Below are positions 51,901 through 64,000 of a DNA stretch of 64,000 nucleotides, piece by piece. The translations under genes and the position numbers were made by a program. The notes under the pieces are model-generated. The model was not told the origin of the DNA. It ran no database searches and saw only the letters and a program-made list of their open reading frames with translations. How positions within the stretch are numbered: position 1 is the first letter of the stretch; each line of letters begins with the position of its first letter. Source of the stretch: Paragordius varius (Eukaryota > Animalia > Nematomorpha); the NCBI GenBank assembly GCA_964247055.1, contig OZ176053.1, forward strand, positions 4,774,001 to 4,838,000, written 5' to 3'.

Positions 51901-54900
51901 ATGGTTGAATGTTATAATGTTATGGATGATTGTTGTGAAATACTGTTATTGCATGGGTAATATTTTGTGATTAGGTAAGAGTTATGGTTGAATGTTAAAA
52001 TGTTATGGATGATTGTTGTAAATACTGTTATTGCATGGGTAATATTTTGTGATTGTGTAAGAGTTATGGTTGAATGTTATAATGTTATGGATGATTGTTG
52101 TGAAATAGTGTTATTGCATGGGTAATATTTTGTGATTGTGTAAGAGTTATGGTTCAATGTTTTAATGTTATGGATGATTGTTGTGAAATACTGTTATTGC
52201 ATGGGTAATATTTTGTGATTAGGTAAGAGTTATGGTTGAATGTTAAAATGTTATGCATGATTGTTGTGAAATACTGTTATTGCATGGGTAATATTTTGTG
52301 ATTGTGTAAGAGTAATAGTTGAGTGTTAAAATCTTATGGATGATTGTTGGAAATAAGGTTATTGCATGGGTAATATTTTGTGATTGTGTAAGAGTTATGG
52401 TTCAATGTTTTAATGTTATGGATGATTGTTGTGAAATACTGTTATTGCATGGGTAATATTTTGTGATTGTGTAAGAGTTATGGTTGAATGTTTTAATGTT
52501 ATGGATGATTGTTGAATACTGTTATTGCATGGGTAATATTTTGTGATTAGGTAAGAGTTATGGTTGAATGTTAAAATGTTATGGATGATTGTTGTGAAAT
52601 ACTGTTATTGCATGGGTAATATTTTGTGATTGTGTAAGAGTTATGGTTCAATGTTTTAATGTTATGGATGATTGTTGTGAAATACTGTTATTGCATGGGT
52701 AATATTTTGTGATTAGGTAAGAGTTATGGTTGAATGTTAAAATGTTATGCATGATTGTTGGAAATACTGTTATTGCATGGGTAATATTTTGTGATTGTGT
52801 AAGAGTTATGGTTGAATGTTAAAATGTTATGGATGATTGTTGTGAAATACTGTTATTGCATAGGTAATATTTTGTGATTGTGTAAGAGTTATGGTTCAAT
52901 GTTTTAATGTTATGGATGATTGTTGTGAAATACTGTTATTGCATGGGTAATATTTTGTGATTGTGTAAGAGTTATGGTTGAATGTTAAAATGTTATGGAT
53001 GATTGTTGTGAAATACTGTTATTGCATAGGTAATATTTTGTGATTGTGTAAGAGTTATGGTTCAATGTTTTAATGTTATGGATGATTGTTGTGAAATACT
53101 GTTATTGCATGGGTAATATTTTGTGATTGTGTAAGAGTTATGGTTGAATGTTAAAATGTTATCGATGATTGTTGGAAATACTGTTATTGCATGGGTAATA
53201 TTTTGTGATTGTGTAAGAGTTATGGTTCAATGTTTTAATGTTATGGATGATTGTTGTGAAATACTGTTATTGCATGGGTAATATTTTGTGATTGTGTAAG
53301 AGTTATGGTTGAATGTTAAAATGTTGTGGATGATTGTTGTGAAATACTGTTATTGCATGGGTAAAATTTTGTGATTGTGTAAGAGTTATGGTTGAATGTT
53401 AAAATGTTATGAATGATTGTTGAATACTGTTATTGCATGGGTAATATTTTGTGAATCTGTAAAGAGTTATGGTTTAATGTTAAAATGTTATGGATGATTG
53501 TTGTAAATACTGTTATTGCATGGGTAATATTTTGTGATTGTGTAAGAGTTATGGTTGAATGTTATAATTTTATGGATGATTGTTGTGAAATAGTGTTATT
53601 GCATGGGTAATATTTTGTGATTGTGTAAGAGTTATGGTTCAATGTTTTAATGTTATGGATGATTGGTGCGAAATACTGTTATTGCATGGGTAATATTTTG
53701 TGAGTGTGTAAGAGTTATGGTTGAATGTTAAAATGTTATGAATGATTGTTGAATACTGTTATTGCATGGGTAATATTTTGTGAATCTGTAAAGAGTTATG
53801 GTTTAATGTTAAAATGTTATGAATGATTGTTGAATACTGTTATTGCATGGGTAATATTTTGTGAGTGTGTAAGAGTTATGGTTGAATGTTATAATATTAT
53901 GGATGATTGGTGCGAAATACTGTTATTGCATGGGTAATATTTTGTGAGTGTGTTAGAGTTATGGTTGAATGTTAAAATGTTATGAATGATTGTTGAATAC
54001 TGTTATTGCATGGGTAATATTTTGTGAATCTGTAAAGAGTTATGGTTTAATGTTAAAATGTTATGAATGATTGTTGAATACTGTTATTGCATGGGTAATA
54101 TTTTGTGAGTGTGTAAGAGTTATGGTTGAATGTTATAATGTTATGGATGATTGGTGCGAAATACTGTTATTGCAATATTTTGTGATTGTGTAAGAGTTAT
54201 GGTTGAATGTTAAAATGTTATGGATGATTGGTGTGAAATACTGTTATTGCATGGGTAATATTTTGTGAGTCTGTAAGAGTTATGGTTGAATGTTAAAATG
54301 TTATGGATGATTGTTGTAAATACTGTTATTGCATGGGTAATATTTTGTGATTGTGTAAGAGTTATGGTTGAATGTTATAATGTTATGGATGATTGTTGTG
54401 AAATAGTGTTATTGCATGGGTAATATTTTGTGATTGTGTAAGAGTTATGGTTCAATGTTTTAATGTTATGGATGATTGTTGTGAAATACTGTTATTGCAT
54501 GGGTAATATTTTGTGATTGTGTAAGAGTTATGGTTGAATGTTATAGTATTATGGATGATTGGTGCGAAATACTGTTATTGCATGGGTAATATTTTGTGAG
54601 TGTGTAAGAGTTATGGTTGAATGTTAAAATGTTATGAATGATTGTTGAATACTGTTATTGCATGGGTAATATTTTGTGAATCTGTAAAGAGTTATGGTTT
54701 AATGTTAAAATGTTATGAATGATTGTTGAATACTGTTATTGCATGGGTAATATTTTGTGAGTGTGTAAGAGTTATGGTTGAATGTTATAATGTTATGGAT
54801 GATTGGTGCGAAATACTGTTATTGCAATATTTTGTGATTGTGTAAGAGTTATGGTTGAATGTTAAAATGTTATGGATGATTGGTGTGAAATACTGTTATT

Positions 54901-57350
54901 GCATGGGTAATATTTTGTGAGTGTGTAAGAGTTATGGTTGAATGTTAAAATGTTATGAATGATTGTTGAATACTGTTATTGCATGGGTAATATTTTGTGA
55001 ATCTGTAAAGAGTTATGGTTTAATGTTAAAATGTTATGAATGATTGTTGAATACTGTTATTGCATGGGTAATATTTTGTGAGTGTGTAAGAGTTATGGTT
55101 GAATGTTATAATGTTATGGATGATTGGTGCGAAATACTGTTATTGCAATATTTTGTGATTGTGTAAGAGTTATGGTTGAATGTTAAAATGTTATGGATGA
55201 TTGGTGTGAAATACTGTTATTGCATGGGTAATATTTTGTGAGTGTGTAAGAGTTATGGTTGAATGTTATAATGTTATGGATGATTGGTGCGAAATACTGT
55301 TATTGCATGGGTAATATTTTGTGAATCTGTAAAGAGTTATGGTTGAATGTTAAAATGTTATGGATGATTGTTGAATACTGTTATTGCATGGGTAATATTT
55401 TGTGAGTCTGTAAGAGTTATGGTTGAATGTTATAATGTTATGGATGATTGTTGTGAAATAGTGTTATTGCATGGGTAATATTTTGTGATTGTGTAAGAGT
55501 TATGGTTCAATGTTTTAATGTTATGGATGATTGTTGTGAAATACTGTTATTGCATGGGTAATATTTTGTGATTAGGTAAGAGTTATGGTTGAATGTTAAA
55601 ATGTTATGCATGATTGTTGTGAAATACTGTTATTGCATGGGTAATATTTTGTGATTAGGTAAGAGTTATGGTTGAATGTTAAAATGTTATGCATGATTGT
55701 TGTGAAATACTGTTATTGCATGGGTAATATTTTGTGATTGTGTAAGAGTAATAGTTGAGTGTTAAAATGTTATGGATGATTGTTGGAAATAAGGTTATTG
55801 CATGGGTAATATTTTGTGATTGTGTAAGAGTTATGGTTGAATGTTAAAATGTTATGGATGATTGTTGGAAAACTGTTATTGAATGGGTAATATTTTGTGA
55901 TTGTGTAAGAGTAATGGTTAAAATGTTATGGATGATTGTTGGAAATACTGTTATTGCATGGGTAATATTTTGTGATTGTGTAAGAGTTATGGTTGAATGT
56001 TAAAATGTTATGCATGATTGTTGGAAATACTGTTATTGCATGGGTAATATTTTGTGATTGTGTAAGAGTTATGGTTCAATGTTTTAATGTTATGGATGAT
56101 TGTTGTGAAATACTGTTATTGCATGGGTAATATTTTGTGATTGTGTAAGAGTTATGGTTGAATGTTTTAATGTTATGGATGATTGTTGAATACTGTTATT
56201 GCATGGGTAATATTTTGTGATTAGGTAAGAGTTATGGTTGAATGTTAAAATGTTATGGATGATTGTTGTGAAATACTGTTATTGCATGGGTAATATTTTG
56301 TGATTGTGTAAGAGTTATGGTTCAATGTTTTAATGTTATGGATGATTGTTGTGAAATACTGTTATTGCATGGGTAATATTTTGTGATTAGGTAAGAGTTA
56401 TGATTGAATGTTAAAATGTTATGCATGATTGTTGGAAATACTGTTATTGCATGGGTAATATTTTGTGATTGTGTAAGAGTTATGGTTGAATGTTAAAATG
56501 TTATGGATGATTGTTGTGAAATACTGTTATTGCATGGGTAATATTTTGTGATTGTGTAAGAGTTATGGTTGAATGTTTTAATGTTATGGATGATTGTTGT
56601 GAAATACTGTTATTGCATGGGTAATATTTTGTGATTGTGTAAGAGTTATGGTTGAATGTTAAAATGTTATCGATGATTGTTGGAAATACTGTTATTGCAT
56701 GGGTAATATTTTGTGATTGTGTAAGAGTTATGGTTCAATGTTTTAATGTTATGGATGATTGTTGTGAAATACTGTTATTGCATGGGTAATATTTTGTGAT
56801 TGTGTAAGAGTTATGGTTGAATGTTTTAATGTTATAGATGATTGTTGTGAAATACTGTTATTGCATGGGTAATATTTTGTGATTGTGTAAGAGTTATGGT
56901 TGAATGTTAAAATGTTATCGATGATTGTTGGAAATACTGTTATTGCATGGGTAATATTTTGTGATTGTGTAAGAGTTATGGTTCAATGTTTTAATGTTAT
57001 GGATGATTGTTGTGAAATACTGTTATTGCATGGGTAATATTTTGTGATTGTGTAAGAGTTATGGTTGAATGTTAAAATGTTGTGGATGATTGTTGTGAAA
57101 TACTGTTATTGCATGGGTAATTATTGTGATTGGGTAAGAGTTATGGTTGAATGTTAAAATGTTATGGATGATTGTTGTGAAATACTGTTATTGCATGGGT
57201 AATATTTTGTGATTGTGTAAGAGTTATGGTTGAATGTTAAAATGTTATGCATGATTGTTGGAAATACTGCTATTGCATAGGTTATATTTTGTGATTGTGT
57301 AAGAGTTATGGTTGTTTATGGACGATTGTTGGAAATTATTGCATGTGATT
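39968..57350. repeat. Tandem satellite array, ~82-bp monomer (variants ~76-83 bp), roughly 210 copies
   Basis: Consensus GTTATTGCATGGGTAATATTTTGTGATTGTGTAAGAGTTATGGTTGAATGTTAAAATGTTATGGATGATTGTTGGAAATACT. Successive units start at 40119, 40201 and 40284. Confidence 0.98.
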
Positions 57351-57639
57351 TTGATTGGGATATATAGTGTGCACAAAATCGGGCGGTATAGAGTAATATC
57401 TTAATAATATATATTCAGAAAAATATAGGATATTATCATTATGCTAAGTTTATTACTATTTGTGCTAATTGCTCCATATCGAAAAGTAGGAAAAATAACA
57501 TATATTTTATTAACTAAAAATTATTTGGTAAAAGCTAAACGCTTCACAACAATACGGTTAATATCTCATTAATTATATTCAAAATTAAAACATTATTTTA
57601 CAATTCAAAATTTTAGACATAGGCTCCAAAATAGCAAAT

Positions 57640-58965
57640 TTTTGACTGGCACTAAAATGGACTAGATTTCTTAAAATAAACGCGAAATTGCCAAAATTGC
57701 GCGATAAGATATTTAAGATATGCTAGTTTATCACATCAAAAAATAAAGTTATTAAAAAGGCACACTTTTCTTTGAACTATAAATATTGGCGTAATTTTGT
57801 TGAAGCGCACTTTTTGATATTTTGAAGAGCCGTAAAAACCGCATGACGCTTTAAGATACTGCAAAAAAATTTTTTCTATATAACTTAACGATGCTGAATA
57901 TGAATATGACTTTGAAATTCGTGTGTTTAAGAATTATATTAAATATTATATTTATTTACTAAAATTCACCCAAATTAGTCATTCATAAAAAATATCACTA
58001 AATATATGATAAATTACATATGAAAAAAAACTATATTTTTAATAAATTTTTATTTTTAGAATTAGGCTGAAAGTCCCAATTTTTTTTGTCTGTTAACACT
58101 TGGATACAACACACTCATTTTAATCCTTCGATTCATATTGGGGTATTTGGATACCCCAGGCCTGTTAAAAATCAAATACTCTAAATATGGAAGGAATTAA
58201 AACCATGGCAAAATTTTGCACTTATATAACATTAATAAACCGAAATATATAAAAAAATTTATTCAAAAATATTGATATTACTTATTTTAGGCTAAAACCG
58301 AAAGGTAAAAACTTCGCCAACGTGACATGTGTTATAAAATAAAAAAATAATACAAAATACCGCTCTTTCTAATTCTATCGATGTTAGATGTAATTTAAAT
58401 AAAAAAAGTAGCTTTAATTTTACACTTAAAATTAAATGGCGATATTTTGCAAAAATTTTGTAAAATAAATGGCGTCAAAGTAGTCTTACATGAAACTTTT
58501 TTTTAAACAAATATTTATCAAGATATTTTGGCGTATTTATATAATTTTTATTAGGATAGAAGAATTTAAATTAGGACCGTTTCCTTCAGTAGTAATATAA
58601 ATTTTAATTTAGTCTGGGGTTTTTAGTTACCCCAATTTAATTGAAGTGTTAAATTGGCTAGTTATCTTAAAATAAACGCAAAAATGCCAAGATTTCGCGA
58701 TAAAATATTTAATATATGCTAAGTATACATTTATTGAAATAATTTTAGTTGATATCAAAACTTAGCATATGTTTTATTCATCGGGGATTTTAAAAATTTT
58801 CGCGTTAGAGTGAATATTGGGACTTTCGGGGCCCACATCTTAAAAATATTTTACTTATATATGTAGTTTATAATATGTTGGTGTATTTTTTGGAATACAG
58901 CCTCTAGCTTTTACCAATTTATTTAAAAAAGTGTGCGACTTTGCAATTTTCTGATATGGACCTTT
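57640..58965. mobile_element. Fragments of the same foldback family as 35588-36520
   Basis: 58816-58960 is a reverse-complement homologue of 35640-35810. CTTAAAATAAACGC.AAA.TGCCAA is repeated at ~57670 and ~58667. Confidence 0.6.
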
Positions 58966-59124
58966 TAAAAGTCTGAATATTTATTCGCGCGTAAGGGCAA
59001 AACTAAAAGCACCATGATAATCCTGATCATTTTCCTATCAGAGTACAGGTTATTTTGTATACCGACCCCCCGATTTTCGACGCAGTGTATATACCGCAGT
59101 CACATAATCACTTGTCCATTCCAC

Positions 59125-62100
59125 ATGGTTTCGGCAACACCCTCTTATGGAATTAAAGAAGAGTTATATAATTTAATATTGAGGTTTCCTATTTTATTTT
59201 ATTTTTAGTCAATTATTTTATGACGGTTACCAAGCAATCGCAACCTCCCTAGCTTCTGTTTTGGAGTTTCAAATTGTATTTTCACCATCTGATAAGCTTT
59301 GTCAAATCGTAACAGAATTTACTCAATCAGGTATTATTTGACCGTAATTTATTTATATAAATGACTTAAATAATGTATTAACGTAATATAGAAAAAAATA
59401 AAAGGCCGTCTGATACACCTTGTCTAAATTTTGAAGAAGAATATTCCGGAAAAACGACTTCGCCTCAACCTGCATTATATGAAACTCGTTACATAACTGC
59501 ACATAAAGGCCCATGTAGGACGGCCGCTTTTAGCTCTGATGGTATTTTTGATCAAATATTAATTTAAAGGGGATCTAATTGCAACTGGTTCTGCCGATGC
59601 TTCCATTAAAGTATAGATTGATTTTATCCTATATAGTTTTTGCGACATTAAAATTATTATTAAATATTTTTATATTTGAATTTTTAATAACCCTGTTTTT
59701 GATAATATAATACATAGATATTTAATGGGAAGCTCTGAAATGTGTTTGGATTTTAACTTTGGTTTATGTGTATTCTGTAGCGTAAAAAGATAATTTTTGA
59801 TGATAACTTTTTTAAAAGATATAATGCTTTTAAACTAACACAATAAATCAATTTATATTTGTACTTAGCCGCTCAATAGTTATATAATTCACCTTGCACT
59901 ATTTCTCTAAATATTACTAATTAATCTACTAAAAACATTAATGTAAATTTCTTTACTTTCAGCAAACAATGAAAGCGCCAATTATTTAATCATTTTAAAG
60001 AACATTATTATTCACTCATTGTTGGATACTAGACTCTTCGAATTTTAACTTAGCAATTATATTCCATTTTCTTATAATAAACATTATGTGTCTATTGTAT
60101 CTCTTGTACTAAGGGAAGTAACATTTTGATTAATCGGTTTTTTTAAATTTGTAATTATGAGTAACAAAATTATATCTAGCTATTTTAATAATGTTGCCCA
60201 ATCTTACGAATCCAATTTATATAAATGTAAATTATCATGATCCAAATATTAGATAATTAGTGCCGACAAGGTTATGAAAAGGGCGCCCCAATCTATGTCT
60301 ATCCCTGAGAACGCATTGTCCGAAAATCATCCCGTTATTCGAACTCTTTACGATCATTCTGCGGTTTTTATTATTTCATGGCGTTATATTTTGAGACAAA
60401 ATATGGTGTCGGATTGTCGGAGTTTTAACTAAAATTCAAAAAAATATTTTTACAGCGCATACTATAAATGCTTTTTTACAAATTGTAATCAAATTACTAT
60501 TAATATTTTACAGAACTTATGCTTTTATATTAATCAATATATTTTGATCATAATATGGGAGAATTTTTTAATATTATATATTTAGTTAAGAAATCATTAT
60601 CAATTTATGTTTTAAAGTTTGATTTTAAAAAAACACAAAACATGGTTTAATTTATATGTTGTTTTTTAAGTACCTTTGTTTTCTTTGAGACTCACGGAAA
60701 CTCAAATTTGTTATAAATTTTGATGAAAGGATAATATTGAGCAGTGCACTATTAAAAATTAATATCTATGTAGGAAGTCACCAGCTTACAATTTCATCCA
60801 ACAGCACCCTTAATTTTGTCCGGAAGTCGAGATTGTACTATCAAACTTTTTGATTATTCCAAACCAACCATTAAAAAAGCGTTAAAATCCATACAGGTTT
60901 TATTCGTATATTTAATTATAAAATATAGTTCGCACCAAATCATCAATTACTGTTTCGGATTTGAAAATATAAGGCGGCTAAAAATGTGAAAAATATGAGT
61001 CTTGATTTTTTACTAAACAACTTTAAACTAAAAATCATAGTATTTTTATAGTAAATATAACCTAAAATCAAAATCCCTGTTTTTTCTTAAAACTTTTGTG
61101 CGTGAAATAATGTCGAAGTTGACGTTTTCAAAATGACAGACAGAACTTTAGATTTAAAGCGGCTCTTAAACTTACATTTTTACTTTTTACATAATATTTT
61201 CAATTTATAATAAATGTAATTATTCAAATTATAACAAAACATTTTATATTTGATAGACGGGACCTTCAATAACTATAATTAAGTATAGATTACAACAAAA
61301 CAAATTGAAATACTAGGCTATAGGATAACTTAATTAATATGTCTTTTTGTTAAACTATAACAATTATAGTAAAAATTGAAATAAAGACAAAACTTTAAAA
61401 CTAGACGGAAAATAATTTTCAAAATTAACTATCATACTTGTATAAACTTGATACGTTTAATATAATTTATTATCTTATTACAGAGTTTAAAATCGAAGAA
61501 CATATATAAACAATCAAGGTTGTAAATAATAAGTCTGTTTGTCTTTATAGTAAAAAAAATTGTTTTATTAACATTTTATCTTTATAATTTCAATCAATTC
61601 TTACTGCATAGGAAGCTGAACCAATAACCTGTATGTCCATGCATCCTTCTGGCGATTATTTGCTTGTTGGCACAGAAAATTCCACACTCCGACTCTATTC
61701 ATTAATAAATGCCCGTTGTTTTGTATCCCCTCAACCTGCTGATCAACACACTAGTGCCCTAACTAGTGTACAAATTTTGCATTTATTTAAAAAAAATGTT
61801 TAAGAACAAAGAATTGTAAAATAAAATAGTCGCATATTTTGCAACTATGAAGTTTTCTTTTGATTATTAAAAGGAATTGATTAAATGGGTTAATCGTTTC
61901 TTTTTAATGTTAATTCATGACGGTAGACATTATCATAAAATAATCACAATATGTGATATAATATTTTATTACAATCCATTCTTAGGGTTCAAATTTTTGA
62001 AAATTTACATCAATTTTTGTCCAAATTAAACAAGGTATGTTTTTTTTTAAAAATTATCAAAATAAGCATATATTTTAAAATGGCTATTAATAAAAAATAT

Positions 62101-63569
62101 TAAAAAATGAATGTTTTGCACATATAAATTTTGTTGTAAAAATATTATTTTTATGGGTCGAAACATGCCCATCTATCGATAGTAACTTAAAGATATCAAA
62201 TAATTTTTTACATTATGCGATTTGAGATCCGAGCATATGTCAAAAAAATATTCTTCGCTTTAAACCTTAATGTTGTTTTAACTTCTAAAAATCCGCTAAG
62301 GAGTTTGTTTCTTTAATCACACATTAATACCGAAAATTATATTATAATAATTGATTTTGGTATATGTCATTTTACATCAATTATTTTTATAAAATAATTT
62401 AAATATCTGATTAATTATCATTCTTTTTTAGGTTAGTTATAGTTTGGATGGACGGACATACGTAACATCTTCAAGCGATGGTGATATCCGCATTTGGGAT
62501 GGAGTTAGTAATCGTTGCGTTACACTTTTCAATAAATGTCATGCTGGTCTACCTGTTGTTTCCGTTCAATTGAGCAAAAATGGCAAGGTATTTAAATAAC
62601 ACTTTTTTCTATATCATATAGTCACTTTTGCATAAAAATTATGAGAATTTTGATATTTTATATGATAGAAAATGTTTATAGCATTTACTAGGAATAAACT
62701 ACTGATATATTCCGATTAAATTTTAAAACTATGATGTTACCTAAAATAATTATATAGTTTTGAAATAAACTCGTATAATTTAATATGCATATAATTTATA
62801 ATTGCATGAATGTTTTTAATTTGAATCTAACCAAGAAATTTTTTCTAAATTGGATAAACAAATGACTGTTTGGTCTAAATTTTAAAAATATAGACTCAAT
62901 TTTACATAGCATCGTTTTTTTACACAATCGTGATAATTTAATATTAGTGTCAAATAAATAAGGCATTTTATTAATTTAAATTAAAAAAATTGTGTACAGT
63001 ATGCACTTTCAACGGGCAAAGATGGTTCAATCCGGATTTGGGAACTTGGTGTAAACCGATGTCTTATGGCATACTCAGGCATTCCTTTCATAAACGGTCC
63101 TCCCGAGGTTGGTTGTCCCGCAGTTTTCAATTATACCGAAGATTACAGTAAAACTTATTATTTTTATTACAAAACAAATACAAAATACTCAGAGCTCGGT
63201 TTCGATACCCTTTCTTAATGCTGTTTCAGAAATAATCCCTTAAATTCAAATTGAATAAAAGTTACAATATAATTTAAAAATCAGTTGAAAAATTTGAATG
63301 GACCAATCGGCGTTTAATACATCGATATTAGGAATAAGTTAAGCCCATTAATTTACCATCTTTCAAACTAATTTATAGTTTTATATCCGGACGAAAAATC
63401 ACCAAATTTATATTCGTGGGAAACGCGCACGTCAAAAATGCAACAGACCCTTCAACTTGGCCACGCAAATTTTATACGAAACATAGCTCATAGTCCTACC
63501 ACGCCTTTATTTGTAACATGTAGTGAAGATTATAGAGCTAGGTTTTGGGCTCGAAACGTAGAAATATGA
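59125..63569 (+). CDS. CSTF1: Cleavage stimulation factor 50-kDa subunit (CstF-50), 418 aa, 10 exons
   Basis: Exons 59125-59183, 59209-59330, 59392-59541, 59570-59610, 60253-60363, 60774-60896, 61612-61767, 62432-62587, 63000-63147 and 63379-63569 total 1257 nt in frame. Motifs: [79 protein letters not shown]. Confidence 0.95.
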
Positions 63570-63785
63570 AGGATAGATATATGAAAACATAACCAACTGT
63601 ATTGTAAAAAATAATTTTTTTTGATTATCATTTTTTGTTTGAATATAAATTTATTGTAACTATCCGATATATATTAACAACATACGTAGTTTCAAGAGTC
63701 AATTGCACTATATATATTAAATAATAAAAATCGTTAAATTAAAAGTTTTCCCCAGAAACATCTCTCTATGTAAAACACAGTTTAA

Positions 63786-63998
63786 TTAATTATCATTTCC
63801 TATATTGGTGTTTGTGCTGTTTTCGTCATCATCATCATGTTGGTTGATGGTATTTGTCGTTGCATTTTCTAATCTTTCAACATTCCTACGCATGCTAGCT
63901 AACATACGGATCATAAAAGAGGCAGGTATGGTAACTATGTCTCGTGTTTCTATCAACATTTTTCGATTACGATTCAATTGACTGGCTATACGTTTTTC
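63786..63998 (-). CDS. Probable terminal exon of a gene extending beyond the window, unidentified
   Basis: The frame is open from a possible AG at the window edge: EKRIASQLNRNRKMLIETRDIVTIPASFMIRMLASMRRNVERLE..DDDDEN..*. Confidence 0.6.
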   Translation of the reverse strand, partial: EKRIASQLNRNRKMLIETRDIVTIPASFMIRMLASMRRNVERLENATTNTINQHDDDDENSTNTNIGNDN

Positions 63999-64000
63999 CT

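Noticed and set aside
39968-57350. CRISPR-like array or protein-coding repeat
   Set aside because: There are no unique spacers, the monomers are contiguous, the context is eukaryotic, and all frames have frequent stops.

Overview
AT-rich eukaryotic (apparently invertebrate animal) genomic DNA; I cannot identify the species from sequence alone. Spliced by hand, the window contains a divergent NEDD1/GCP-WD gene (-; last exon unresolved) head-to-head with an unidentified ~520-aa gene (+), and a small coiled-coil gene (-). It also holds an orphan terminal exon (+), a complete 24-exon NEDD4-family C2-3xWW-HECT ligase (-; ~1580 aa), a complete 10-exon CSTF1/CstF-50 gene (+; 418 aa), and the last exon of a gene entering from the right. 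Repeats include a Penelope-like remnant with a hammerhead-like motif, an intronic Ty3/Gypsy LTR element with both LTRs and a TSD, several RTE-type LINE remnants and several MITE/foldback families. A ~17.4-kb satellite of ~82-bp units, with a 3,930-bp higher-order duplication, lies between NEDD4 and CSTF1. The main discovery is nine ultrashort GT-AG introns (22-28 nt) in four different genes. Each is needed to restore a reading frame, all lie within ~570 nt of a start codon, and they coexist with ordinary introns of 61-7,619 nt. All splice calls are inferred from frame and homology recalled from memory, not from transcripts.
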